Source: an uncultured Lachnospiraceae bacterium (GTDB lineage Bacteria > Bacillota > Clostridia > Lachnospirales > Lachnospiraceae). Taken from it: DNA of 64,000 nt. The stretch covers positions 52,139 to 116,138 of the forward strand of contig CANCYR010000003.1 of assembly GCA_947382355.1 (NCBI GenBank). Reading direction: 5' to 3'. Positions 19,705 through 29,232 of the stretch are shown piece after piece. The translations under genes were made by a program, and so were the position numbers. The notes below the pieces were generated by a model. That model had not been told where the DNA came from. It worked only from the letters and a program-made list of their open reading frames with translations, and did not search any database. Positions within the stretch are counted from its first letter, which is position 1; each line of letters opens with the position of its first letter.

Positions 19705-20183
19705 CGATTTTAGAGCAGATTAAAAAGAGCTTTGGCTGCAAAGAGGTGGATGTGAAGACCTATTCCCCTCTTGCCCTTGCTTTTTTAGGGGACTGCGTAT
19801 ATGATTTGATTATCCGTACCATAGTAGTGGAGCAGGGAAACCGTTCGGCAAGTAATTTGCACAAAAGGACAAGCAGCTATGTAAAGGCTTCCACACAGGC
19901 ATATATGATAGAGGCACTGCAGGAGCTGTTGGAAGAGGAAGAAAAGGCGGTTTATAAAAGAGGAAGAAATGCAAAGTCTTATACTACCGCCAAAAATGCC
20001 TCCGTTGCCGATTACAGAAAGGCAACAGGCTTTGAAGCCCTGATTGGTTACTTGTATTTGCAAAACAGGATGGAGCGGATTCTGGAGCTTATAAGGACAG
20101 CCCTGAAGCTATGGAAAGAAAGAGAAGAACAGCAGAATAGTCAGCAGCAGGATGGAAACAAAAGACCGGAAACTAAGCAATAG
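19689..20183 (+). CDS. mrnC: Mini-ribonuclease 3
   Basis: The RNase III-like motif LAFLGDCVYDLIIR is present. The gene overlaps the cysS stop and follows the conserved Firmicutes order cysS-mrnC-rlmB-sigH. Confidence 0.85.
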   Translation: MEESLTILEQIKKSFGCKEVDVKTYSPLALAFLGDCVYDLIIRTIVVEQGNRSASNLHKRTSSYVKASTQAYMIEALQELLEEEEKAVYKRGRNAKSYTTAKNASVADYRKATGFEALIGYLYLQNRMERILELIRTALKLWKEREEQQNSQQQDGNKRPETKQ

Positions 20184-20241
20184 AAACAAAAGGATAAAGA
20201 AATAACAGGAACAGAAAAATAGAAACGGATCAGGAGCGGTT

Positions 20242-20982
20242 ATGGGATACAAGGAATTTACCATTGAAGGAAGAAATGCAGTAATCGAAGCATATCGGGC
20301 AGGAAAGCCCATAGATAAAATTTATATTCAGGACGGCTGTCAGGACGGCCCGATGATGACCATAAAAAGGGAAGCGAAAAAGCATGGAAGTCTTATTAAA
20401 TTTGTGGATAAGGAACGGCTGGACCAGATGTCGGAAACAAAAAAACATCAGGGGGTAATCGCCTATGCTGCTGCCTATGACTATGCTCAGGTAGAGGAAC
20501 TTCTACAGGTGGCAAGGGAAAAAGGAGAACCGCCTTTTTTGTTTTTGCTGGATAATATAGAGGACCCCCGCAATCTTGGCGCCATTATCCGGACGGCAAA
20601 TCTGGCAGGCGCCCATGGAGTGATTATTCCAAAGAACAGAGCAGTGGGTCTGACTGCTACTGTAGCAAGAACCTCTGCAGGAGCATTGAATTATACAAAG
20701 GTAGCCAAGGTTACCAATCTGGGCAAGACCATAGAGGAGCTGAAAAAAGAAGGGATGTGGTTTGTCTGCGGGGACATGGACGGCACCAGCATGTATGATC
20801 TGGACTTAAAGGGTCCTATAGGGCTTGTGATAGGAAGCGAAGGGACAGGCGTCAGCCGTCTGGTAAAGGAAAAGTGCGATTTTGTGGCATCCATTCCCAT
20901 GAAGGGGGATATTGATTCCCTGAATGCTTCTGTGGCGGCAGGAGTGCTTGCATATGAAATCGTGCGTCAGAGGATAAGGTAG
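20242..20982 (+). CDS. rlmB: 23S rRNA (guanosine-2'-O)-methyltransferase, SpoU/TrmH family (RlmB)
   Basis: SpoU motifs LLDNIEDPRNLGAIIRTANLAGAHGVI and GSEGTGVS...IPMKGDIDSLNASVAAGVLAYE. The conserved position also fits. Confidence 0.88.
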   Translation: MGYKEFTIEGRNAVIEAYRAGKPIDKIYIQDGCQDGPMMTIKREAKKHGSLIKFVDKERLDQMSETKKHQGVIAYAAAYDYAQVEELLQVAREKGEPPFLFLLDNIEDPRNLGAIIRTANLAGAHGVIIPKNRAVGLTATVARTSAGALNYTKVAKVTNLGKTIEELKKEGMWFVCGDMDGTSMYDLDLKGPIGLVIGSEGTGVSRLVKEKCDFVASIPMKGDIDSLNASVAAGVLAYEIVRQRIR

Positions 20983-21110
20983 AAAGTTGAAATAGTTGGG
21001 AAACTGGAGCAGGAAACAATAAGATAAGATGCCGGATGAAAGATATATATTATTAATATAAGAAAGAGATAATCTTATGGTTAGTTTACGCTAACCTATC
21101 TGGGAGGAAT

Positions 21111-21743
21111 ATGGAAAGGGATTTCGATAAAGCAACAGATGAAGAATTGATTTTACGGCTTCGGGAAGGCGAAGCTGCCATTACGGATTATATTATGGAG
21201 AAATATAAGAACCTGGTACGGAACAAGGCAAAATCCATGTACATTCTCGGAGCGGACAATGAAGATTTGATTCAGGAAGGAATGATAGGTTTGTTTAAGG
21301 CAATCAGGGATTTTGACAGCGGACGGGATGCCAGCTTTTATACCTTTGCGGATTTATGTATATCCAGACAGATTTATACAGCTGTGAAGGCATCCGGAAG
21401 GCAGAAGCATATGCCATTAAATACTTACATATCTTTATATAGTAATATAACGGAAGCAGAAGGGAATGGAAACGGAAATGAAATGTCTCTGGTGAATGCC
21501 CTGTCTTACAAGGATGAGCAAAATCCGGAGGAGCTTTTAATAGACAGGGAAAATGTGGAAGACATTGAGCGGGCAATCGAGACAGAGCTAAGCCCCTTTG
21601 AAAAGCAGGTGCTGGATTTGTATATAACCGGAATGAGTTATTCCCAGATAGCCAGGGTGCTTGGAAAGGATGATAAATCTACGGATAATGCTCTTCAGAG
21701 GATGAAAGGAAAGCTGCGGAAGGTTTTGGGAAAAGATTGTTGA
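21111..21743 (+). CDS. sigH: RNA polymerase sigma factor SigH (sigma-70 family)
   Basis: Region 2 DLIQEGMIGLFKAIRDFD and region 4 LSPFEKQVLDLYITGMSYSQIA. The gene sits downstream of rlmB, as in Bacillus and Clostridium. Confidence 0.85.
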   Translation: MERDFDKATDEELILRLREGEAAITDYIMEKYKNLVRNKAKSMYILGADNEDLIQEGMIGLFKAIRDFDSGRDASFYTFADLCISRQIYTAVKASGRQKHMPLNTYISLYSNITEAEGNGNGNEMSLVNALSYKDEQNPEELLIDRENVEDIERAIETELSPFEKQVLDLYITGMSYSQIARVLGKDDKSTDNALQRMKGKLRKVLGKDC

Positions 21744-21824
21744 TTTTATGGCAATTTTGGAGGAAATATGATATAATATGTAAAATTTGTGTGTAGGGGA
21801 AAAAACAAAGAAGGAGAATTTTAT

Positions 21825-22130
21825 ATGGACAATCATTTAGAAGTCAAGCTGAAAATTTATAAGGAGCTGAAGGTGGCTTTTCAGACGGTGGAAGAGCAGA
21901 TTAAGGAAGTACAGTTTACCAAAGAAGAGCTGGAAGTAAAAAAGGAACTGTATGAAAAGTGTCTGGAGGAGCATCTTTTGGAGGAGGGGGCAGATATGGT
22001 GAAGGTTCACCTGCAGGAAAATCAGGCTGCTTCAGAAGACTGTGAAAAGAAACTGTCAGAAATGCTTTCCAGAAGAGATGCATATCGCATTGAAATCGAA
22101 GTATACGAACAATTTATGAGGGACGAATAA
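21825..22130 (+). CDS. Hypothetical small coiled-coil protein (101 aa)
   Basis: ATG 21825 lies 6 nt after AAGGAGAA. The sequence is Glu/Lys-rich with heptad-like periodicity. I recognise no family. Confidence 0.5.
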   Translation: MDNHLEVKLKIYKELKVAFQTVEEQIKEVQFTKEELEVKKELYEKCLEEHLLEEGADMVKVHLQENQAASEDCEKKLSEMLSRRDAYRIEIEVYEQFMRDE

Positions 22131-22225
22131 ATTAGTACATGTACATTTTTTAAGAATCTGCACATACTATTCCTGAACCATTGATATGGGGTGCTTTAAA
22201 AGGCGCAAACGGAAAGGAGCAGGCT

Positions 22226-22384
22226 ATGAGCAGAACATGCAATAAAAAAGAGATGGAAAGTATACAGGAAAAGAAGTCCAATGAAACCTTTAACAGCATA
22301 ACCAATAAAGTAAAGGTGGAAAACCAGAACCAGACCCACAATGCCAGAAAAGAAGGAATTGCACCGATTAACCAAAAACGTTAA
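22226..22384 (+). CDS. Hypothetical small basic hydrophilic protein (52 aa)
   Basis: ATG 22226 is preceded by GGAAAGGAGCAGGCT. The track ORF 22181..22384 carries an N-terminal extension with no SD. No family assignment is possible. Confidence 0.4.
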   Translation: MSRTCNKKEMESIQEKKSNETFNSITNKVKVENQNQTHNARKEGIAPINQKR

Positions 22385-22392
22385 AAAGGGAA

Positions 22393-22422
22393 TTGACAAA
22401 GTAATTTCTCATGTGCTACAAT
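22393..22422 (+). promoter_or_regulatory. Sigma-A type promoter for tRNA-Thr
   Basis: TTGACA (22393-22398), an 18-nt spacer ending in TGC, then TACAAT (22417-22422), which makes an extended -10. Confidence 0.55.
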
Positions 22423-22446
22423 AACTTTCGGTGAGCAGTTCACTAA

Positions 22447-22519
22447 GCTGGCGTGGCACAGTCGGTAGCGCGCAACATTGGTAGTGTTGAGGTCACGGGT
22501 TCGATTCCCGTCGCTAGCT
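22447..22519 (+). tRNA. tRNA-Thr (anticodon GGU)
   Basis: Manual cloverleaf. Acceptor stem is GCTGGCG/CGCTAGC with one G-U pair. Anticodon stem is CAACA/TGTTG with loop TTGGTAG. T arm is ACGGG-TTCGATT-CCCGT. CCA is not encoded. Confidence 0.88.
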
Positions 22520-22522
22520 TGT

Positions 22523-22551
22523 AAAAAGCCTTGATTTTTCAAGGCTTTTTT
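22523..22551 (+). terminator. Rho-independent terminator after tRNA-Thr
   Basis: AAAAAGCCTTGA-TTTT-TCAAGGCTTTTTT. Confidence 0.85.
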
Positions 22552-22723
22552 AATTTTTTAATATTTTTACGTGTTTATAGAAGAACCTGAATAAGTGAAT
22601 AGACTTTATACTTTGAACGTGATATACCATCTACAATCACTTAAGTGAACAGTCTTTGGGGTTGTAATGGACATATGGTTTATGAAATTTAAACCAGCAG
22701 GAAAGAAAAGGTAGGAGGCAAGT

Positions 22724-23581
22724 ATGAAAAAACTGTATATAATGATTGTTATGATTATTTCCCTGGGCGTATTGACAGCCTGTACAAGTCCGGCAGCGGA
22801 AAACACCATGACAGTAAAAGAAACAGAAAAGACAGCGGGCACTATGGAAGCAAAAGAACCCGGAGAGCCGGCAGACAGTAGTATCACTGCGCCGGAAGCT
22901 GAAGAACCTCAAAAAAGCGGGGAGGCGGACAGGGAAGCAATGAGGGAGGCATACAGTTGTGTATTAAAAGATCTTTATTATAACCATATGTTTCCCGGAC
23001 AACAGAATTGTGGATATGATGATTTTAACGATATTTCTGAAAATCGTTTTGCAGTATACGATATTGACCGGGATGGTAAAGAGGAACTGATTATTGAGTA
23101 TACTACTACTATAATGGCTGGAATGGTGGAGAAAATATATGATTTTGACAATGCTTCCAATATGGTCAGGGAGGAATTTTCGGAGTTTCCCGCGCTGAGA
23201 TTTTATGACAATGGAGTCGTCTGGGCAGAATGGTCCCATAATCAGGGGGTAGCAGGCGAGTTTTGGCCGTATACCCTGTATCAGTATGACAGTAAAGCCG
23301 ATGCTTATATTGAGGTGGCAATGGTGGACGCATGGGACAGGTCATTAGCAGAACGATATAATGGAAATCTTTTTCCGGTAGAAGCAGATATTGATGGTGA
23401 TGGAATTGTTTATTATATTATGGAACAGGGGGAATATGAACTTAACGAGCCGGTAGATTTGGAACGGTATAATCAGTGGAAAAGCTCTTATGTGGGCGAA
23501 GCAGAGCAACTAGAAATTCCCTTTCAGGAGTTGACAGAAGAAAATATTTCTAAGCTTTCTGTTAATGGAAGCACTGATTAG
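22724..23581 (+). CDS. Hypothetical lipoprotein (285 aa)
   Basis: SD GGTAGGAGG upstream. The signal peptide has a lipobox (MKKLYIMIVMIISLGVLTAC). The mature part contains DIDRDGKEELIIEY and DIDGDGIVYY motifs. Confidence 0.75.
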   Translation: MKKLYIMIVMIISLGVLTACTSPAAENTMTVKETEKTAGTMEAKEPGEPADSSITAPEAEEPQKSGEADREAMREAYSCVLKDLYYNHMFPGQQNCGYDDFNDISENRFAVYDIDRDGKEELIIEYTTTIMAGMVEKIYDFDNASNMVREEFSEFPALRFYDNGVVWAEWSHNQGVAGEFWPYTLYQYDSKADAYIEVAMVDAWDRSLAERYNGNLFPVEADIDGDGIVYYIMEQGEYELNEPVDLERYNQWKSSYVGEAEQLEIPFQELTEENISKLSVNGSTD

Positions 23582-23694
23582 CACTGTGGAGACCGTTTCA
23601 GAAGTGTATAATAAACGTATCTTATAAGCTGCAAGGGATTGGGGTAAAATGAAAAATTATTTATGAGGAATCATATGAGTGCGGAGGAGAAGAC

Positions 23695-25344
23695 ATGAGA
23701 AAAAAGCAATTTATTGGAATTGTATTGGCGGCAGGAATGTTGTTTGCGGCAGGCTGTGGCGGGAAAACAGAAATTGCAGAGCCGGGGCAGAGTGGACAGG
23801 ATGTGTCCGGGACTGAGGAGGGAAACGGAGAAGTAAAGGAAATTGAGGAAGCAGGGGAAAATCATGCAGAAGAGGGAGAAGAAGTTTTTGGACAGTTAGG
23901 AGATGAAAATATATTTTCTAAAGGAAATACATTCACCTGGGAAGAAATTACCATATCAATACCTGATTATTGGGAGGGAAAATACCAGATTGAACAGAAC
24001 GAAAACGGTTTTTCATTGATACAGACTGCTTCTTATGAAAAGCTGGAGGGAATGGGTTTTCTCTTTGGGTTCTATCGGACAGACCGTGTAGTGCTTGAGG
24101 AACCTGCAGCTACCCCTTTAGCTTATACAGATACACAGACTTATTATATGTCAGAGCCTACAGATGTGAACTATTACTTTGAAGATAAGCAGATATCAGA
24201 AGAATATCAAAAAATGTATGAATATATTTGGGCAGTTTCCGGAACATTGGAAATTGATAAGGAAGGAGTGCGGTACAATCCGGATGAATTTATATTGCCT
24301 TTAAGCAGTACCGTTTTGTTAAAAGAAGAGGACAGTTTATTAAACTTCTCGGATAATGATTTGTTTATTGCCAGAAATGAAATATATGCAAGGCATGGAA
24401 GGCAGTTTGATTCCGATTATCTGCAAAAATATTTTGAGTCCTGCAGCTGGTATGAAGGAACCATACCCGCAAAGGAATTTGATGAGTCGGTGCTAAGCCG
24501 GATAGAAAAGGACAACCTGCAGATTATTAAAGAAGCGGAAAAGGCTTATGAAGCGGAGCATCCCTATCCAAAGGAATATGCCATTGGAAGCAGTGTAATA
24601 GAAGATTTGGATAATTTGCATGGAGACGGAAAGCCTGAAGAAATCCAATACTATATTAATGAATCAGAGGAGCAGGGAAAGTACAACAGCTTCCTTACAA
24701 TTAACGGTCAGGAATACTGGCTGGAGGATTACGGTATTCATCTGGAAGAGCCCGTGAGGGATGTATTTTATGTGGTGAATCTCTTTGACGAATGGTCTGG
24801 TGAAGAGCCTGATGAGCTGGCAATTGCCGTTTTGGATAATGGCTCCGCCGAAAATCCGGTTACGCATTTCTTAAGCTATAACGGAAAACTTTCTTACATA
24901 GGAAGCGTTCAGGGATTTCCTTTTAAACAGAAGTCCGGTTTTAATGGTTTTAGTCTCTATGGAAGGATAACGGGGATAGTTCCTCTGGAATTTCCTCATA
25001 CTTGTTATGGCGATGGGCAGTGGAACTATGATTTGGAAAGCGGGAAGCTTGAAAAGCAGGAGTTTGGCTGGTATCGTCTTTTTCCGGAAGCCGCTCATGA
25101 ATTATATGAAGATTTAACGGTTTATACTGATATGGATGCGGCTGGAATGAAAACTGTTATTCCGGCACAGGAGAAGGTATTTTTTATGGAAGTCTGGACG
25201 GAAGATGGTAAAGACGGATGGGTTCTGTTAAAAGGAAAGGATGGAACCAAAGGCTATATCCATATTTTAGATGGTAAAATTGTTGGAGATGAAGACAGAG
25301 GCGAGGCTTCAAAAGAATTGAAAGAAGTATTTTCAGGACTATAA
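23695..25344 (+). CDS. Hypothetical lipoprotein with YARHG domain (549 aa)
   Basis: Lipoprotein signal MRKKQFIGIVLAAGMLFAAGC. The YARHG-domain signature is NEIYARHGRQFDSDYLQKYFESCSWY. SD GCGGAGGAG upstream. Confidence 0.78.
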   Translation: MRKKQFIGIVLAAGMLFAAGCGGKTEIAEPGQSGQDVSGTEEGNGEVKEIEEAGENHAEEGEEVFGQLGDENIFSKGNTFTWEEITISIPDYWEGKYQIEQNENGFSLIQTASYEKLEGMGFLFGFYRTDRVVLEEPAATPLAYTDTQTYYMSEPTDVNYYFEDKQISEEYQKMYEYIWAVSGTLEIDKEGVRYNPDEFILPLSSTVLLKEEDSLLNFSDNDLFIARNEIYARHGRQFDSDYLQKYFESCSWYEGTIPAKEFDESVLSRIEKDNLQIIKEAEKAYEAEHPYPKEYAIGSSVIEDLDNLHGDGKPEEIQYYINESEEQGKYNSFLTINGQEYWLEDYGIHLEEPVRDVFYVVNLFDEWSGEEPDELAIAVLDNGSAENPVTHFLSYNGKLSYIGSVQGFPFKQKSGFNGFSLYGRITGIVPLEFPHTCYGDGQWNYDLESGKLEKQEFGWYRLFPEAAHELYEDLTVYTDMDAAGMKTVIPAQEKVFFMEVWTEDGKDGWVLLKGKDGTKGYIHILDGKIVGDEDRGEASKELKEVFSGL

Positions 25345-25694
25345 TATAAGGATTAGAAGAAAAATACAATACACAATAGGAGGTGTTTTTAACCGGAAGT
25401 CTGTTTTTGGCGGATTACTTTTTGTTTTCTGCACATATACTTGCCATTATAAAAGATGTTTGTGGGAGTTCTATTGAATTTCTCATATCGATTGTGGGAT
25501 TAATTATTTCCATGGTTCTTTCAAGCGTCCTTCAGCAAAAAATAGTGGATTTTGTAAAGGAAATGAATCCGGAAAAGAGGGGCAGGTACTTATCAGGAAG
25601 TAATTTGACAAATTTTTCATGGATACTCTTATAAAACAGGAAGATAAATCCGATATTAAACGTGAGGATAATTCCTTATTACTATTCATACCGT

Positions 25695-25745
25695 AATCCG
25701 CAAACCCAAAATGGTATTTAGGACATTTTTGGATTTGCGGATTGT
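25695..25745 (+). terminator. Stem-loop, probable terminator
   Basis: AATCCGCAAA ... TTTGCGGATT forms a 10-bp stem around a loop of about 29 nt, followed by GTTTGGTTTT. Confidence 0.4.
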
Positions 25746-25811
25746 TTGGTTTTCAGGTATTGAAAATTTAAAAATGGATTATTAATTAATGGTTTTCCTG
25801 AAAAGGAATTT

Positions 25812-26381
25812 ATGATAAACTATATATCATATGAAAACGTTCAGATAAGGGGAATGCAAGTGGAAATAAGAGGACAGGACGGCTGCTATCTTTATATAAC
25901 GGCTCAGGAGGAAAAGCCCATTGAGGAATATGGCAATTGCTTGAAAATGCTGAAAGAAAATTCTGCTAAGCAGGAAGAAAAAATTCTTTCTGTTGCAAGT
26001 GGCATGAAAGTATTGATTGTTGAGGATAATATTGCATGTCAGAAGTTAATTGCAGCATATCTGAAATCATTGGGCATTAAAAGTATTAGCATGAGAACCG
26101 GCGAAGAGGCCATTAAGTATATGAGGTCAGATAATTGCAGCCTTGTCCTGGTGGACCAGATACTGCCGGATATGGATGGAGTGGAAATTGCCAGGGCAAT
26201 CAGACAGAATAGCAATGGGGAAAATCAGCTCCCGCCTGTTGTCATGATGGTTTCCTATGAAGTGCCGAATATGGAAAAGCTGCTGGAGGAAAGTGGGATT
26301 CTGGATTATATGATAAAGCCTATTGACATCAGGCAGTTAAAAAGAATTATACTGACTTATCAAAGAGAAGGAAAGGCATAG
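25812..26381 (+). CDS. Stand-alone response-regulator receiver (REC) protein with a 60-aa N-terminal extension and no output domain
   Basis: REC hallmarks are present: VEDN acidic pair, phospho-acceptor LVLVDQILPDMDG, MMVS, and MIKPI lysine. The stop codon lies 3 nt before the next start. Confidence 0.8.
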   Translation: MINYISYENVQIRGMQVEIRGQDGCYLYITAQEEKPIEEYGNCLKMLKENSAKQEEKILSVASGMKVLIVEDNIACQKLIAAYLKSLGIKSISMRTGEEAIKYMRSDNCSLVLVDQILPDMDGVEIARAIRQNSNGENQLPPVVMMVSYEVPNMEKLLEESGILDYMIKPIDIRQLKRIILTYQREGKA

Positions 26382-26384
26382 AGT

Positions 26385-29162
26385 ATGAAGCAGAAAAGGT
26401 TAGAGGCATTGTTTTACAGCCTGTTTACTATTTGCGCCATAGCGGTACTGGCGGCAGGTTACTTGTATGGACAAAGCCCTGTATATGATGAATTTGTAAC
26501 GGGAGTCACTACTTGGGACGGTTATCCCAAAAAGGCGGACATGCAGATTGTGCAATTATTTTTGCTTGGCATTCCTGCCTGCTTTTTTTTATTTCAGGCG
26601 CTTTTAAAGCGGGAAGAACAATTTTTGGAGGAAAGAAAGCGGACATTGCTTTTTTTAAAAGCCGGATACGTAATTTTCTTATGCAGTATTTTTTCAGGAA
26701 AGGACTTGTGGAAGCAGTGGGGAATATTGTTTTTGCTCTGTCTGGCAGCCTTCTTTATTCTAGGCAGGGAAGTGAAGCAAAAAGAATATATCAATATGCT
26801 GCTTACCGGACTGTTTTCCTATTTAAGCATTACCGGAGCGGTAATGGGAAGCGCCTTTTTCATTTCTTCATATGAAAAGAGATTTTTTCTTCAAAAAGCC
26901 GCATTTGTGCTGCAGGCGGTCTCTCTTACAGTTCCGGTTTTCTATGGTGTTCTTATTCGAAGGAAAAAAGAGGAAGAGGCAAAAAAGCTTTTTGGATATT
27001 CAAAATTATTGATGCCTCTTGCCTTTCTGGGTTTTTTTACTTTCTATTATTCCATGGAAGAAGGGGCAGTGGTACAGCTTTTTTATTCAGGAAGCTGGAA
27101 GGCTGTCTGTCTCCTGCTGGGTTTGGGGATGACCGGTTACGAGGTATACCGGCTTTTTCAGAAAAATTATGATATTTCCTGGTCTACGGTAGTTTCGGCG
27201 GGACTTTTGCGGATTTTTCATATTCCGGACGGCATATTGAATGTGGACTTCTTCCATATGGGAGAAATGACCCTGCCCATGCAGCAATGGGCTTCCTATG
27301 GAAAGGTTCCGTATTGGGATTTGGTTCCTATTCATGGGATGTGTGATTATTTTTATCAAATATGGAACTACCTGTTTTTTGACGGTACGTATTTATCCTT
27401 TAATGGGGCTCTTATAGTAGGAAATATTATATTTGTCATATGCTATGGCATTTTGTTTTATTATACTATAGAAAACAAAAAGGCGGCAGTTTTTCTCATG
27501 TATGGATTTATTCCTTTCTTCGTGGATCTGGCGGGAATGCGTTACCTGTTTGTTTTTGCTTTTTTCTTTCTGATGTTTTCTAAAAAGGCAAGAAAAAGCA
27601 GTCTGGATTATTTGTGGTGGTGGGTTCTCTTGTCAATACTTGCTATCGGATGGAATGCATCTTTAGGGGGAGCGGCAGCTCTTGGCTTTCTGCCTTCTGT
27701 TTTGTACAGGCTTATCAGGGAACTGCCGAAGGAACTGCCTTTTTTCTGGAAGGAAAAGAGAAAGAAGCTGGTTATTTGTTATGGTGTGTTGTTTGTAATC
27801 GGTATCTGTTTCCTGCCAATGTTTTTAAAGATTGTGGCATATCTTCGTGAAAATGCCGGAACCACTCTTTATGTAAATGGAATGGAAATGATTGAAGAGA
27901 TAAGCAATGCTTCTTCCTATTTTATTCCGGGCCTTTTGAATGGGCAGGGAACCTTTTTTCTAAAGGCATTTTGTGTATTGGGAGCCATTGCCCTATGCCT
28001 GTATTATTCGGCTTATATGGAGGGGCTTACTTTGGTTTTAAGTTCTTTTGTGCTTGCTAATTATGCTTATGTGCGTTATGAAGAGGGGCTTAGGGCAAAA
28101 ATACTTGGGATGTTTTTCCTGTTATTGGTTTTATTTATGCTTGTGAGGGAAAAAGCAGAAGGAGAGCTTCGGGGAAGGTCAGAAAGAGCAGTTTATCTGT
28201 TTGTGATGGGGTTTTTAGCAATGGCGGCAAATGATGCCCTGTTTTTAGAAAAGGAAAACGTTCTCCCTACGGAAACAATACCTGCAGCTTTGGAAGCAAG
28301 TATAGGAGGGAAAACGGTAGAAGACCCCATTGTTTACATTTCAGGAGAGCAGACAGGGTTAAAAAGGATAGGAACAGGCTTTGTCAGGGGAAATACATTA
28401 AACAGCTTAAACAACATTGAGACTGTATTGTCCCAGTCACTGGGGGGAGAAAATGCATATCTTGACCTGACTAACGGAATTGCCCAGACGGTTATTTTAG
28501 ACAGAAAGTCGGGAATGTCCTATACCTCAGGTTATAATATCAGCAATGAGCTGATAAATGAACATGCAATTGCAGAGTTAAAGAAAAACCAGCCGGAATT
28601 AATTTTAATTGCTCCTTATATTAAACTGGATGATGTACCGCTAAGCCTGCGTGCCATGAAGCTATATGAATTTGTGTTGGAAGAAGGATATGAACCCTAT
28701 CAGTATGAAAATGTGGTTTATATGATAAAAGGTGAGAATAAGGTGTCAGGAAGCCGCGACGGAAGGGAAGCCTTTGCAGAGCTTATGCATCGGGAATACC
28801 TTGGAAAGCTTCCGGCTGTCTGGGCAGCTTCTGATGGTTTAAAAAAGCTTCAAAGGGCAGAAATATCTTGTACAAAGGTTCAGACGGAAAAGGGATTGAA
28901 AATCACCTTAAATGAAGCTGTAAAGGGAGAACAGGTCTCCTATATAGGAATTTTCATGAAAAAGGACTTAGGAGGAGAGAAGATGGCTCTGGAATTTGGA
29001 GAGCATCGTTTTTCCTTTGATGTTTCAGAAAGCAACTATCTCATCCCGGTGGCTTCCAGCCCGTATTGGAAGTGGCAGGATAAAATACCGGATATAAGGC
29101 TGACGGGAGACATGGAGCTTGAGAAAGAAGATTTAGATATCATATTTTATAAAAATATATAG
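26385..29162 (+). CDS. Large polytopic membrane protein (925 aa): about 600 aa with 15 or more predicted TM helices plus a roughly 300-aa C-terminal soluble domain. Function unknown, possibly a GT-C-like glycosyltransferase or polymerase.
   Basis: Long uninterrupted ORF with many hydrophobic 20-aa segments up to about aa 620, then a hydrophilic tail. It is tightly coupled to the REC gene. No motif I can assign. Confidence 0.7.
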   Translation: MKQKRLEALFYSLFTICAIAVLAAGYLYGQSPVYDEFVTGVTTWDGYPKKADMQIVQLFLLGIPACFFLFQALLKREEQFLEERKRTLLFLKAGYVIFLCSIFSGKDLWKQWGILFLLCLAAFFILGREVKQKEYINMLLTGLFSYLSITGAVMGSAFFISSYEKRFFLQKAAFVLQAVSLTVPVFYGVLIRRKKEEEAKKLFGYSKLLMPLAFLGFFTFYYSMEEGAVVQLFYSGSWKAVCLLLGLGMTGYEVYRLFQKNYDISWSTVVSAGLLRIFHIPDGILNVDFFHMGEMTLPMQQWASYGKVPYWDLVPIHGMCDYFYQIWNYLFFDGTYLSFNGALIVGNIIFVICYGILFYYTIENKKAAVFLMYGFIPFFVDLAGMRYLFVFAFFFLMFSKKARKSSLDYLWWWVLLSILAIGWNASLGGAAALGFLPSVLYRLIRELPKELPFFWKEKRKKLVICYGVLFVIGICFLPMFLKIVAYLRENAGTTLYVNGMEMIEEISNASSYFIPGLLNGQGTFFLKAFCVLGAIALCLYYSAYMEGLTLVLSSFVLANYAYVRYEEGLRAKILGMFFLLLVLFMLVREKAEGELRGRSERAVYLFVMGFLAMAANDALFLEKENVLPTETIPAALEASIGGKTVEDPIVYISGEQTGLKRIGTGFVRGNTLNSLNNIETVLSQSLGGENAYLDLTNGIAQTVILDRKSGMSYTSGYNISNELINEHAIAELKKNQPELILIAPYIKLDDVPLSLRAMKLYEFVLEEGYEPYQYENVVYMIKGENKVSGSRDGREAFAELMHREYLGKLPAVWAASDGLKKLQRAEISCTKVQTEKGLKITLNEAVKGEQVSYIGIFMKKDLGGEKMALEFGEHRFSFDVSESNYLIPVASSPYWKWQDKIPDIRLTGDMELEKEDLDIIFYKNI

Positions 29163-29182
29163 TATTTTATATGTTCTTACAA

Positions 29183-29212
29183 AAAACCCCGGAAAATATT
29201 TTCCGGGGTTTT
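29183..29212. terminator. Bidirectional rho-independent terminator between convergent genes
   Basis: AAAACCCCGGAAAATATTTTCCGGGGTTTT is a perfect hairpin flanked by A-runs and T-runs. Confidence 0.9.
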
Positions 29213-29232
29213 CATTAACAATGGGATATACT

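Noticed and set aside
25383-25634. 83-aa ORF with TM-like segments
   Set aside because: The GTG start overlaps the only SD-like sequence (AGGAGGTG), leaving no spacer, and no alternative in-frame start has an SD. I did not call it as a gene. It is kept only as a possible relic in the REC/membrane-protein finding.
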